Source: Octopus sinensis | Lineage: Eukaryota | Assembly: GCF_006345805.1 (NCBI RefSeq) | Contig: NC_042999.1 | Span: 33,418,001-33,482,000 of the forward strand | Reading direction: 5' to 3' | DNA: 64,000 bases | Part shown: positions 40,858 through 54,231 of the stretch, piece after piece | Numbering within the stretch: the stretch's first letter is position 1 | How the letters are laid out: each line of letters starts with the position of its first letter | Made by a program: the position numbers and the translations under genes | Notes under the pieces: model-generated | What the model saw: the letters and a program-made list of their open reading frames with translations, nothing else | What the model was told of the DNA's origin: nothing | Database searches by the model: none

Positions 40858-41314
40858 TATGTAAGGAGAGAGATGAAGAGATACGTAAATACAAAGGTAA
40901 CACAGAAACACAGGCACACACATAGACACATATTCATACATACGTAAATGAAGACTGAAACACAGAAGAATATACACACACGCACACTTCACATACACAC
41001 ACAGAGAGACAAGGACACATGTTGAGATACACATCCTTACATAACAGACGCAAGTACATAGTGACAGAAACCAATATACATAGACATACGCAAACATGCA
41101 CACACAAGGAGAAACAAGTACACACACATACACACAAATATGAACACACAAATACATGAAGATGGAGAATACATATATACAAACCTACATATACATAAAT
41201 ATATACATACACGCATGTATACCAATGTGTATACACGTGTACACTGACGCACACATGCGCACAAACAAACAAAAATAACGCACACACACACACACATATA
41301 TATATATCATTTTC

Positions 41315-41478
41315 CACTCTAGGCACAAGGCCCGAAATTTTGGGTAAGGGGGCCAGTCGATTATTTCGACATCGACCCCAGTACGTAAGAGGTACTTAAT
41401 TTATTTAACCCGAATCTATGAAAGGCGAAGTCGACCTCGGCGGAATTTGAACTCAGAACGCAATGACAGACGAAATAG
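41315..41478 (-). mobile_element. SINE family B, headless copy
   Basis: ctctaggcacaaggcccgaaattt...gtcgacctcggcggaatttgaactcagaacgc matches 19051-19200. Confidence 0.85.
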
Positions 41479-42319
41479 CCATTATTTATAAATGACCCAA
41501 AATAGGATGTTATATTTTATTTTATATGTCTTTCGTATATATTTTTATTAATGCACCCATTTTTTAAAAGCAATGTTTTTTTAAAAAAAGCAATGTTGTC
41601 AAATTTAGAATGTTTATATAAGTTTGTGTATAGCAAAGCATATGTATTTGTAAGCATGCGTATCTGTGTATGTGTAAGTGAAAGTATGCTTGTGCTTAAG
41701 CACGCATACACACGACGGTATGTATATGTATCAATTCAAACTTGTGTATGTATACTGGCCTCTATAGATGCCAATAATATCGCTACAAGTTTTTTTCCCA
41801 CCCCTCCTTCGTTCCTTTTTCTCTCTTTCCCTTTCTTTTGTTCCCCCTCCTTGCTCAGTATATGAGAATTGCTACATAGATGAATTTTAGCTTGCGTGCG
41901 AGACGGTTTGCGTGAATATATGTACACATGCTTTTATGTGTATAATTTAGATTCATATTCATACGTCTGTATATGTATGTATGGCGCTTACGCGCATCCT
42001 TTTGTGTATGTTGATATATATATGTGGATTTTAATATAAATATGTATTGCAGTATTTATAACAGGTTTAATTTCTATGCATTAATTTGTACTGTCTTCAT
42101 TAACGGCAATAGGTTTTTTCCTCGGTTTTTTCCTCGGATTTTATAATTTTTATAAGTTTTTTTATATATATATACATATATTTTTGACCTTTTTGTTTAT
42201 CGCTCGAAGATTGACCGTTTTTTCTAAAGGGCCAATCAAACAAGTCCATTTCTTTTTAAAGGTGTAGCGTTTGTAAGAGTATAGATTGAATTAATATATA
42301 TGTTCCATTCTAGCAAAAA

Positions 42320-42357
42320 CTGTCTGATGAACGGCAACGAGAAACTCAGAGTAACAG
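42320..42357 (+). ncRNA. Minimal type I hammerhead ribozyme motif
   Basis: CTGT-CTGATGA-a-CG-GCAA-CG-a-GAAA-CTCAGAG-TA-ACAG: stem I CTGT/ACAG, GNRA-capped stem II, near-palindromic stem III, GUA triplet. Confidence 0.78.
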
Positions 42358-42459
42358 ATTTTGTTGAATTTTCTGCTGCTTAAAATAAAGCATATTACTC
42401 TACCACTGGTATTTGAGTACTCTTTTTTCCACCTTGTTTCACATTTATGTGTTAACTCC

Positions 42460-42529
<70 letters not shown>

Positions 42530-43171
42530 TACATTTATAAATTTATACATATATATATATGTATAGAGAGAGAGAGAGAGAGTGAGAGAGAGAGAAGGTG
42601 TATATAACTAAGGAGTTCATGATATATATATATATATATATATCTGTATATGTGTGTGTGTGTGTGTGTTTGTGTATCCCCTTAACTCTTAAGTTATATA
42701 CTCCTTCACTATACCAGCTACTCTATTTATTTTCATTCATTAGATATTTCCTCTATATTTTCCTGTATTCCTCGCTGGTCTTTTACTCATTATTCACCGC
42801 AGGTACTCTTTAATGTTGGAATCTATAACGACCATAGACTTTTTCTAAGGATATTCCTTGATTCTTGGACGACAGAACTGATAACAACTATTAACCTTTT
42901 CTGGGGATATTCCTAAATCCTTCGATAATGGAACTGGTCAGTCCAATTATCTTTTGCATATATATTTGTGTGCGCGTGAATTCCTATGCGCGTGCATGCG
43001 TATGCGCGTGTATGCGTATGCGTATGCGCGTGTGTACATATGTGTATACTGATGAATAATGATAAAACTTGGAAGAAATATTCAAGAAATATTCAAAGGC
43101 CATTTGTAACAACAAATATTGCTATGTTGTCCCCAAGTGTTTTCCAATCGCACACACTCTCACACGTGTAC

Positions 43172-43221
<50 letters not shown>

Positions 43222-43528
43222 GTGGAGGCACATGGCCAAGTGGTTAGAGCAGCGGACTCACGGTCGAGGGATCGCGGGTTCGAATCTCAGACCGGGCGAT
43301 GTGTGTGTTTATGAGCGAAACACCTAAGCTCCACGCAGCTCCGGCAGAAGGTAATGGCGAAACTTCTGCTGACTCTTTCGCCACAATTTTCTCTCACTCT
43401 TTCCTCTTGCATCTTGCAGCTCACCTGAGACGGACCGGCGTCCCGTCTAGGTGGGGAACCTATATGCCAAGGAAACCGGGAAACCGGCCCTTATGAGCCA
43501 GGCATGACTCGAGAAGGAACAAACAACA
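43222..43528 (+). mobile_element. tRNA-derived SINE family A, tail type 3
   Basis: Family A head and body followed by GGACCGGCGTCCCGTCTAGG...GGAAACCGGGAAACCGG...TATGAGCC. Confidence 0.88.
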
Positions 43529-44371
43529 CACACATCTATAGGGAGAGAGAGATAGAGAGAAAGAGTGAGAGACTGACAGACAGATACTTGTGTGTGCGTG
43601 TGCGCGTTTCTATTTGTGCGTGTGCATGTGTGTATGTGTTGTTATGCATGTGTATGTGGTTCATGAACTTCATAGCCACAAGCGGTCCAATGGTAGAATT
43701 AGCCTTTTTGTAGGAATGATATCTTCTTGACGTGCCTTTTGAGCAATACTTTTCTTTCGCCATAACGTAACCATGGATATATTTAAAACAAGACAATTGT
43801 TACATAGATTAAAAAGAACTAAAGTCTGTAGGTCATAAATAATCCTCATAAGCAGATTATTACAAATTTTCCACCACTTCGATGCTAATACATTCAACCG
43901 ATAAACTTATAGAGATTTTCCGACAACATCTTTGATGTTATGTTATGCAAATAACTCTCATCCGACCTCAAATTATAAGAAGCAGCTAAATGAACTATAT
44001 AACTGGACAAATATATATATATAAATTTTTAATAATCGATGGCGTAGATAGAATACAAGAAAACGTAAAATTGGTAGAAAATAATACTATGTTTCCATTA
44101 AGTTCATATATAAATCATAGCTCAATGCAAACACTTCAGGATTAGATACAAACACTTTATATGTTCCCGTTATACGGGTACTCATTTAGGAGGGAATTGA
44201 AATTACAAGACAGCGGTTGGTGATATTGCCATGTGAATGTAAAGCGACAAATCAGATCTATATAAGAAAACAGGGTAACAACGATGGCATGTGCAATGCG
44301 CTAATCAAAAGCCAAATTCCAACGTTAAAATAGGTATATGTATGTATGTAAGTACGTATACCGTTAGCCTC

Positions 44372-44545
44372 TACAAACATTTTTTCTCTCTTTGTTTCTC
44401 TCCTTGTTTTCTGGGTCCATTTCAGTAGAGGAGCGTAGGCTCGAAACGTAAAAGACTTTTTCTATTCCTGAGCATTATACTAATACATCAATTTGTTTTG
44501 TACACCACCTGTCTTCGTCTTTTGCTTTTTTCGTAAACTCTCCCT
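44372..44545 (+). mobile_element. Probable Penelope pLTR fragment with a degenerate hammerhead (44415-44456)
   Basis: cAGTAGA-g-GAGC-gtag-GCTC-GAAA-CG-TA-AAAGAC; perfect stem II and GAAA, core CUGAUGA mutated. Confidence 0.55.
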
Positions 44546-46246
44546 ATATATATATACATATATACACAAGCATACACATGGTATTTATTCCAACGTTTAA
44601 AAGAATAAATTCAAGAATTATTTGGTGGTATCATAAAAATGAAAAAGAAGAAAAGCAATTGCAAATCTTCAATACAGAAGTAGTTCTAGTATTTATGGCT
44701 CCCAGCATAAATAACAGACGATATTAAAGGCACCAACTCAAAACGAACCTAGCTGGAACTCTTCAGACCGTCTGAAAACACGTACATTGTTTCATATGCT
44801 GATTTTGACACATGGATTTTTTGTTATTGTTTATGAAGTATTCTATCTCAATAGATTTTTAGCTATTTCATAATAATGACAGGCTATTTACATTTGTAAT
44901 CTGTGACAAGGGTTTGGTGATCTAATGTGGGTTTTTAACGCGTTGACAGAATCATTTTAACACCATTTAAGTCAATAATGCGTATTTGAAAATGGATGCG
45001 TTAAATTTTTCGTATTCATTTTAAAATTTCTTATGATTAAAAGTAATAAATCAATGCATCATTTCACAAATTTCCAAATATTTCAAAGTCGATTCACAGG
45101 AAAATAAATTCTTTTTGTCTTAAACCAAGAAATAGTATCTTAGCATTTCTATGAAAATCATTAATGTCACTCTCTAGGTGGAACAAAAAGAATATGTAAT
45201 GGAAACTTATTACTTTCTCTTCAACTATTTAGTATCAGTTATGTGTCTTACAACAAAGTATTTGAAGGACGTATGAATATATAATTCATGAACACCATAT
45301 GTGGAGATCTAAATATGATATATAATTTAATGAAGCAGTAATTTGCTTTTTAAATGTGTTCTGAAACAAAATGTATACACCCACTTCTAAAACGTACAAG
45401 TACTCGCAAAAATAAATGGCAAACATGCCCAGAGCAACATATGTCTTTAAATATTTAGACATATATTTTCATGTTGATGTTCTTGCTAGTAAAGACATCG
45501 AAATTAAATTGTCACTAATATTTACATCATAATTTTATAAAGCATTGGAAACATCTATGGAATATTTGAAGTAACTTTGTTTTCAATACTTTTGTAATGT
45601 GCCAAAGAGTGTCCATGGAAAGAAATTCCAGAGTAAAATCAGTAATGGATTTAGTATGGCCGACAAAATTTTTCAAAGCGGTGCCCATTACTGAAACCAG
45701 TAAATGAATAAAGAAACGCGATTAAAATATATTTGCAATTTAGAAGAATAGTTAATAGTCTAATTATAAAGCGGATAAAACGATGAGAAAGTAGAGGTTA
45801 CGTGGGGACGCGATAATGCGTCTTGGAAAACGAATTATTCTCTTGCAGTAGTTTGTCGATAGCTACATAACTCAACTAGCTCAAAAGAACTATGTATGTA
45901 ACACATGTTTGCAATAAATAGTATTCGCATATTAGAAAGGATTGAATCATTCACCTTTTGTATATTTTGAAAAACGTTACTGGAATTTAACTCCTCGGAA
46001 TTTGAGATTTTTGACATGACAAAATTACTCAAAATTAAATACATCAGGTCTCCTAAGGAAGGTAGAATAATACGAAATATTTGCCAAATGTTTATAAATC
46101 ACATTTTTTCTATAACAAATTGCACAATACATACCAAAATGTAACTGTTAAATTTGTCAATATTTACATGAAAAACTGACAACGAACTTCACAGTTGGGT
46201 GTTCTGTTGTATGTAATAGGGAGTTTTGTACATGAATAACTTGCTG

Positions 46247-46294
<48 letters not shown>

Positions 46295-46373
46295 TATATA
46301 TATATTGATAAAACGGTAAGATAACAAAAGAAAGAAAGAGACCTCAATATTATGTAAATAGAGGAAATTTATC

Positions 46374-46563
46374 TATACAATATGTTACATTACTCGGTAG
46401 TCAAGATAAAACTCTGAGTTTCAGATGCCGAAGTGGAAATCCACAACACCATCTCTTCGGTTACTTAGCCAAGTAACCGAAGAGATGGTGTTGTGGATTT
46501 CCACTTCGGCATCTGAAACTCAGAGTTTTATCTTGACTACCGAGTAATGTAACATATTGTATA
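46374..46563. repeat. Perfect 93-bp-arm palindrome with a 4-nt AGCC loop; each arm carries a hammerhead-like motif
   Basis: 46374-46466 is the exact reverse complement of 46471-46563 (checked base by base). Confidence 0.95.
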
Positions 46564-46581
46564 TATATATATATAATATAT

Positions 46582-46634
<53 letters not shown>

Positions 46635-47243
46635 GAGCAGGTATTAGATGGAAAATAAAATCCTTTTTTATTTCTCGCATATGATTTCGAAAGCATGAAT
46701 GTGTGTTAGTGTGTGTGTGTGAATGTATATGTATATGCATATATGTATGTCTGTATACATAGTTAGATAGTTATATAGATAGATAGATATAACCATACAT
46801 ATATAATGTATGTTTATATGCACATTTATATTTATATTCTTATATAAGTATGCACATATACGCGAGTATCTATCTATGCATGCATATATATTTATATATG
46901 TGTGTGTGTGTCTGTGTGCGTGCGTGCGTGCGCACGCATTCAGAAATACCCTTGGTTGGTGTCAGAATATTTAGTAAAGCCAGATAGAGTGAGGGACCCC
47001 TTGCTGTTGTCACAGGATCTTCCAAGAAGATAGACACTTTGATGTGTGACATGTGGTTTCACGTACTTACTGGTCATCTAGCTTCGGCTTTGCATTAGAT
47101 ACCAATCAGAGAACTTTCAGAATGATACCCCTGTTATAGAAGTAGTTACCATTGTGATTTATTGATACACAGGTCCTCCTCTTGAGAGTCCTAAGGCGTT
47201 GGGAGATTAGCAACTAGTGTAAACCTAGTGTTATATATATATA

Positions 47244-47295
<52 letters not shown>

Positions 47296-47297
<2 letters not shown>

Positions 47298-47570
47298 TGG
47301 CACTCTGTCGGTTACGACGACGTGGTTCCAGTTGATTCAATCAACGGAACAGCCTGCTCGTGAAATTAACGTGCAAGTGGCTGAGCATTCCACAGACACA
47401 TGTAAACCTTAACTTAGTTCTCGGGGAGATTCCGTGTGACATGGCTGGCCCTTTGAAATACAGGTACAACAGTAACAGGAAGAAGGAGTGACAGAAGTTT
47501 GAAAGAGTACAGTAGGGTTCTGCAACCGCGAGTCCATGACCTTAACCTCAGGGCCATTGCATCACCTACA
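47296..47570 (-). mobile_element. SINE family A, tail type 1, internally deleted
   Basis: Reverse complement of the 54700-54920 tail joined to a head remnant (gggccattgcatcacc). Confidence 0.82.
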
Positions 47571-47609
47571 TATATATATATATATTATATATATATATAT
47601 ACACGACAC

Positions 47610-47772
47610 CCGATGTTTGTGTGTTTACGTCCACGTAACTCAGAGGTTCGGCAAAACGCTGATGGAATATATATACTCGCCTTGGAAATAAATAAGTCGT
47701 GGGGACGATATGTTCGCCTAAAAATACTTGAAGGTAACTACCCCAGCATGGACCCAGACTATTGACTGAAAC
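47610..47772 (+). mobile_element. SINE family C, 3' fragment
   Basis: tgtttacgtcc..cgtaact..ggttcggcaaaa...ccagcatgg..cag..t..tgactgaaac. Confidence 0.7.
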
Positions 47773-47973
47773 CTGATACCGCCAAGTTCCGGTTTCTTCC
47801 TCCTTTCTAGCATTGTATACTAATTGGCGTACACATTATTATGGAAAATTAATTTCCAATATATTTCACTTTGTATATAAGAAAAGTAAAACAAAATTAC
47901 AATTTTCCGTTTTGATCTAATATAAAAATTGACGCACAAATAGAAATTCTCTCTCATACTGTAACACACAAAT

Positions 47974-48027
<54 letters not shown>

Positions 48028-48500
48028 ACTATCTCTTTCTCTCTCGATCGCTTTCTCTCCCTATCTCTCCCCTTCTTTCTCCCTCCGTGTCTTCCTCTCT
48101 CTCTCTTTCCCCCTGTCGTTTTTACTCATACACATCCTTAAACATACACACACAAGCATACGCAGAAACATATTTGTACGGTTATAGAAAGAAATATATA
48201 TTCTTGTATTTTAAGAACACATAACTACGCGATTAATAATGAATAACATGAAGCCAGGAATGGAAGAAAATGAAGACACTTTTCCTCTTGATTAAGTGAA
48301 AGGAAGAAACTCTTAATTGGTGATCATTAAATGTCAATATAATAAATTTCTTCTCTCGTTTGTCTGCAGCAAGATTTAGTTAAAAAATATATATTTATAT
48401 ATTGCCTCATGGAAAATATGATATTCACTGTGAAAAAGGAAAGATGCAGGCCAAAAATTTGGTGTGTTTATGTATATATATATATATGTGTGTGTGTGTA

Positions 48501-48548
<48 letters not shown>

Positions 48549-48959
48549 TGTGTATGCATGTATGTATGTATGTATGTACATATGTATGTATGCATGAATG
48601 CATTTAAAAAATTGAATACAAATCCGACGAAAGAGCTACTGATATTTTTACGCTTTTATGATACTTGAACAGGCATATTTATAAAATATACCATTTATCT
48701 TAAAACAATCTTTCAGGCTCTGGTTATGTTTTATGTATATTCTAAAAACACTGATGCTGGTCAGTGAGGAAATAAGACATAAGGTTACAAAGAAGTGATG
48801 AAGGTTGGTGCAAAAAAAGAATTGAAAAAGAAATTAAGTTAAGGAAACTAAAATCCTCGACGTCCCTGATTGAGGAAAGCTCATTAAATACAACTGGTTT
48901 AGAACAAAATAACAGGAAATATGTCAGTCAGCGAGAGAGTATCTCAATCCGGTGCGAGT

Positions 48960-49680
48960 GGTGCTCCTGAATTCGATAATAGAAATTCATCCATATATCT
49001 ACACCTGTTTAACATTTCAGTCCTCCTAATTAAGCAGTGTGTTGGAATTGCTAGATCAAAGACAAATCTGAGATATTCCACTACGAATATGTTGCAATTT
49101 TTAGATCAATTATCATATTGCTTGTATTTCTCCACTATTATCCACTTAGGTGGTGTGGAGCTGCTCTTCAAATCCCATACGACGCTAGTCAACTTACTTG
49201 CATCACTTTTATCGATGTGCCGCAAAGAACACTGGTGGTTTGTATAACGTCTCTTGAATTACCCTCCCATACCCCGATGTAGTTTCGGCCTCGTATATGA
49301 CGGAGTTTCTCATCCATGCTTGGTCAAGTAGGCAAGATTCAGAGTTTCGAAATTCACATATGGGAGTGGATTCTTGGTGACCTTTGCGAGTTATAAGGTT
49401 TTCATCAGGGTAGCAACTGTATGATATTTTAATTGAGCGTCTGTTAAAAGAAAATTCCTGCATTTATGATTTATTGGAAAATGTTTATCTAAAAAATACA
49501 GGAATTTCTTGCCTACGTTAGTCTGAATATTAAGGGAGAAAGGAGGGGCGAAACAAATTATTTTCCTGGGTCTATCTTTTGGTATATTTTTACGATTCAT
49601 ATATTTATTTAAAAAGTAATATATTTTATCTTTGAAGCTGCAGGCGGTTGCCTTATCAAACGAAATGAATGCAACTAAGT
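48960..49680 (-). mobile_element. Decayed Penelope-like linker plus GIY-YIG region (tentatively Naiad-like)
   Basis: RKIICFAPPFSLNIQTNVGKKFLYFLDKHFP, IKISYSCYP, SVIYEA, LTSVVWDLK..PKWIIV, LIRRTEMLNRCRY. Confidence 0.8.
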
Positions 49681-50169
49681 TGTGTGTGAGTGTATGTGTG
49701 TACAAACACTTAGAAAGAGTGTGAGAGAGAGACAGACAGACAGTCAGACTAACAGCCAGACAAACAGACAGACAGATCTGTAATTCAGTTTGTTGCCGTA
49801 CCACCTAATTTTCCCGATAGGGTAGATTGCGACTATGCTCATAAAACTGAAATACATATCACGTATTTATTGCAAATCTATAAGTGAAATCATTATTTCT
49901 TTTCATTTTACTTTAAGGTAATACAGATTTTTCTTTTGATTTCACTTTTCTTATTTTCTATCTGCGGTAAGATACTTGATAATGGTTAAGTTATATGTAT
50001 ATAACATATATCACATTTCCTGATACTACACATACATATATTTTACATTGTTTAATTACTTCCTTATGCGATGCAAACAACACTATCTTTCTTCGAGGAA
50101 ATTATGTTTACCTTGACTATCTCTTGCTTATATAGATTTTGCGTGAAAAAATACCCATATATTTATATA

Positions 50170-51210
50170 CGAATGTGCGTATATAAGTTTTACAAAGTTT
50201 TGGTAACATATTTGCTTCCTTCATCTAGTTAGAACAAAAGCACCTTAGCATCGAAAGTAGGTGCCATCTTGATGCGTCGTCTGAAGCAACCTTTTTGTCA
50301 GTTCTTTAATCCCACTCTAATACGAGTACATGTCCTTCGAGGTGAAGACCTACTTCACTGAACCTTCCACTTCTTCTTGGTTGATGAAACGTCACAAGCG
50401 CAGAAAGTGAGCCATAGATCGGAAGAAATAAGGAGCTAAGACTGGGCTAGGATATATACTAGGTATGGCATCAATTCTATTTCCATAACTTCTTACTGAT
50501 TTTTCCTGGTCGTTCGAGCGGTACGAGGTTTTGCAACGTCTTGCTGCAGAAGTGCGCACTTTCTGTTAACCGATCCAAAGTCGTATACATCCTCTCCAGC
50601 TGTTCGGAGTACAGTTTGGAATCGATGGTTTGACCGTCCGGAGAGAACTTGTAAATTATTCCATCATGTTCCCACTTGGCACAGGGCGTCAATTTCTGTT
50701 CCAAACACCTATGTTTGCAGACATGTTCCGGAAGCTGATCCTTGCTGGACAATAGCATATGCACATTAGGATAGCGATAAAAGTTATACGGAGTTCCTTG
50801 CAAACATCCACTCACATGCTTGCTTTATCTGGGGTCAATTAATGAGGCACAATTGGGTAGCCGGGACACATTCTGTTCAGGTCTTGAAGGTGACTAACCA
50901 CCCTGAAGATTTACATGTCTAACTCACCTGATACGCTCCGAGAGCTACCCATCGGATGTATTTCTGTGGCTTGCAGTACGGCCTCAGAATCCACGGTTTT
51001 AGGCGTTCATGATCTTGTCTGAATGTCGAGGTTCTTGAACTTTTCGTTTTGTCAGCTGTGATCCGCTGCTCACTTCATCTTTAGTGCAGTAAATACTTTA
51101 GATTCCTCCCTCACCGTTACAGCCCAGTTTGAACTTGTGAAACATAAGTTCCCGAATTAGAATACCTTGCACATTCATCTGTACGACTTTCAAATCACAT
51201 TCGGTATGTC
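50170..51210 (-). mobile_element. Highly decayed mariner remnant
   Basis: IRELMFHKFKLG, PKTVDSEAVLQA, DGQTIDSKLYSEQLERM, FFRSMAHFLR..EEVE..GIKELTKR..DGTYF; ends not resolved. Confidence 0.78.
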
Positions 51211-51279
51211 AGCTGCAGAAGATTATGTATGTGTAGCTTGAATCCTGATGTGGAGAAAAATTATTATTTAAACGGTAAA

Positions 51280-51608
51280 GATCCCCTTCGGTCATGCATG
51301 ACCATGGTATTGTACCGTGAAAGCTCCCCTTTGAAGTACATGTCCGGGCAAGGTTGTTTATAGAAAACCAACAGTCATCTATGCATACTAGCCTCCCTTC
51401 TTCACACCACTGTTATGCTACGAAAAGGTAAAGGCCGATACAGCTTAACACCAATGATGCTGCAACGTATTTCTGCATCTGAGTGGACTGGAACAACGTG
51501 AAATAAAATGTCTTGTTCAAGAACACATCACACAGCTCGGTGTGGGAATCAAATTTACTATCTCATAATTGTGGACCCGACGCTTTTACCACTGAGCCAT
51601 GCGCCTTC
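51280..51608 (-). mobile_element. tRNA/CORE-type SINE (family D)
   Basis: Minus-strand GGCGCATGGCTCAGTGGTAA (A box), TTTGATTCCC (B box), CTTGAACAAGACATTTTATTTCACGTTGTTCCAGTCCACTCAG CORE-like block. Confidence 0.8.
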
Positions 51609-52159
51609 ACTTATCAAAAGAATAATTAATGAACGTATACTCAGATGTGAAGATTCAGAGCACAAATGTAGGGCGTATCATAACTGTTTGGCGTTTATTT
51701 CTTATCTGAAACTTTTGACCTTCTGCATATTATCTTCTTGGCCTGCTATAATCCGATTAAATCTGCATCACGAAATCAGTTATCAGTTTTGATATGTATG
51801 TCATATGTACGATGTGTTTTAAATTGTGCAAAACCATATGTATGTTTGACTGAGAAGATGCTCACACTTTCTCATACAAGTACATATTCACATAAACGTT
51901 TACATACACGTATTGCACGCCTTTGCATATATATTGACGATTATAAACCACACAATCACTTGTGAGTGACAATAAAAATATTATTGTATCGTTTAATGCA
52001 TTCAAGTGTTTGATAAACAAATATTACTTCATTTCACACCATTATAGTTGCCGCCTTTGAACATGTCAAGACATGCACTCACACTCTGACACACTTATAC
52101 ATGCATATATGACTACATATATATGCGTATGCACATGCACACATACATACACCTATATA

Positions 52160-52233
<74 letters not shown>

Positions 52234-53194
52234 TATATAGAGAGAGAGAGATATATATATACATATAGATATATTCATATATATATATATATATATATAT
52301 ATGCAAAATCTCTCTATATATAACTATATATATATATATATACATCCATATATACAAAGATTCACATACATAAATATCTTTATACATATGTATAGATACA
52401 CGTGTTATATAAATACATGTACACCTATCTGTGTGTACTTATTTCTGTGTATAATTAATAACACTGACACGACATTGTTGCCAGTGGTCTTTTCACCACA
52501 CCACTTGCATCCAATCTCTTGCCCTATTAATCTTGATATTTTCAAAAAGCATTTCCTAGCGATCTTCAACTGTTTATTGACACGGCACTAAATCAATACT
52601 TCAGCAGAATGTCATTCTCGTCTTCATTACTTATAGGATAGAGTTATAAAATCAAAGATCAGAAACATAATCTTGTTTTAACTAGAACACTATAATGTTT
52701 CCGTATGCTTCTTTCACTCAAAATCGTATGTTAGATATCGAATCTTGTAATATGCATGCAAGGTATCTATTATATTGACTGTTCATCAATAATTGAAGCT
52801 TTATATATCATATTATGTCCATGGTAGCATATATAATGTTTTCAACGATGGTAATATAGTTTTTATATTTTATTTTATGACCATATATCATGATTGATAT
52901 ATCCCGCCTACTTGTTTTGATTCATTTTATTTACCATTTCTCACCCATTCTTTCCATACTTAATTTCAAATCTCTTTACTGTGATTCTATGGCTTCAGTC
53001 AAATGACTGAAACAGATAAAATAATAAAAGAATATATAATTAATCGTGAAAGGTAATGACCCGTCATCGGCGTCTGAACTATGATTGTCACACGCCGATG
53101 ACGGGTCAATACCCTGAAACGTGAAAGGTAATGTTTACCACATTATTTTGATTCGCAGAAATGTTCAGTGTAAGGTCAATAAATTTAACTCTAG

Positions 53195-53609
53195 GATCTT
53201 TTCGGTATGAACGGTAGTTTTTAACATAATTTCTAGGTAACTGAAAAATTTTAAACTTCGTATACTGGTAGAATGTGTTTATAAAAGATCTTTTTCTCTT
53301 GGCTTTATTGAGAAAATTCTATAGTTTGTAAGATATTTGTTTGGTTTTTTTTTCTTCAATTTCTGCAATTTCAACCAATCAATGACCGTCTATTGAGGTG
53401 AAAACATTATGTGCCGTATGAATATGTCCTTCATTTAAGAAACAGATCGGGTTTATTTATGTTTGGGAAGAAAAAAAGATACCGTTCCCCCAACTCTAAC
53501 CCTAAAACAGATTGAAATGCAATAGATCGATAATAGGATCATAATTATAGGTGACAATTTCATATGACACCGCTAGAAAAAAAAAACTGCCCTACAAACC
53601 GAAAAGATC
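53195..53609. mobile_element. MITE, 415 bp, ~28-bp TIRs
   Basis: CTAG|GATCTTTTCGGTATGAACGGTAGTTTTT ... AAAAAACTGCCCTACAAACCGAAAAGATC|CTTG. Confidence 0.8.
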
Positions 53610-53774
53610 CTTGCTATTGTTATTATATGAAAGCTATCTACTTTTAAAGTATATATGTAATAACCAGAAAAACTTATACGTGCAGTTTCTTCTACGCAAC
53701 ACCATCGTCAGTCACTACATAGTATAGACCCAAGCCAACCAATATCTTGAGACTAGATTTCAGAGACAAGATTG

Positions 53775-53930
53775 TGGTGAAGCCTGCCGTATATGTATAT
53801 GCGTGTACGTGTGAGCGTGTGTTTGTCTGGTGTTTGTGTTTGTCCACTAGCAGCTCTTCACCCGTAAATTAATCATTCTGCAAAAGAGAAGGCTAGATTA
53901 TATGTCAGACTTACAAATATAGACTGTATG
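53775..53930 (+). mobile_element. SINE family C, degraded 3' half
   Basis: aagcctgccgtatatg(TG)n...tgtttgtgtttgtcc...ttctgcaaaagaga...cagacttacaaa. Confidence 0.55.
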
Positions 53931-54231
53931 TGCGCTACAGATTTATTATAAATGTTATAAGCATGTATATAACGCTGTTTTTACATGCTTATATCTGGTA
54001 CTTGTTCTATTGGTCTGATTTACAGAATTGTTAGTTATAATGTTGTAAATATACTGACGACAATTAATAAGCCGCGGTGAGAGTGGAGAAATAGAAAGAA
54101 CCTAATCATGCATGTTTTTAGTTAGACTAGTTTCGGTACCACACGTGTAATTACATAAGTTATTTCACAAAAGACTCCCGAGTATAAATACACACAACAC
54201 ACGGAGACACACATACACACACATACACACA

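Noticed and set aside
42838-42955. Two diverged ~57-bp tandem units
   Set aside because: Real but an ordinary local duplication with no further structure.
43222-43295. tRNA genes at SINE heads (also 54540, 18940, 23830, 25960)
   Set aside because: A and B boxes are present but there is no closed acceptor stem, and each continues into a SINE body.
46950-47220. Possible LINE RT fragment
   Set aside because: Only a vague GVP-like match across stops; unassignable.
48960-49400. Selenocysteine (TGA-for-Cys) codons reported for some Naiad elements
   Set aside because: Expected Cys positions read TGT, TTT, TGC, TGG or TTC; no in-frame TGA at those sites.
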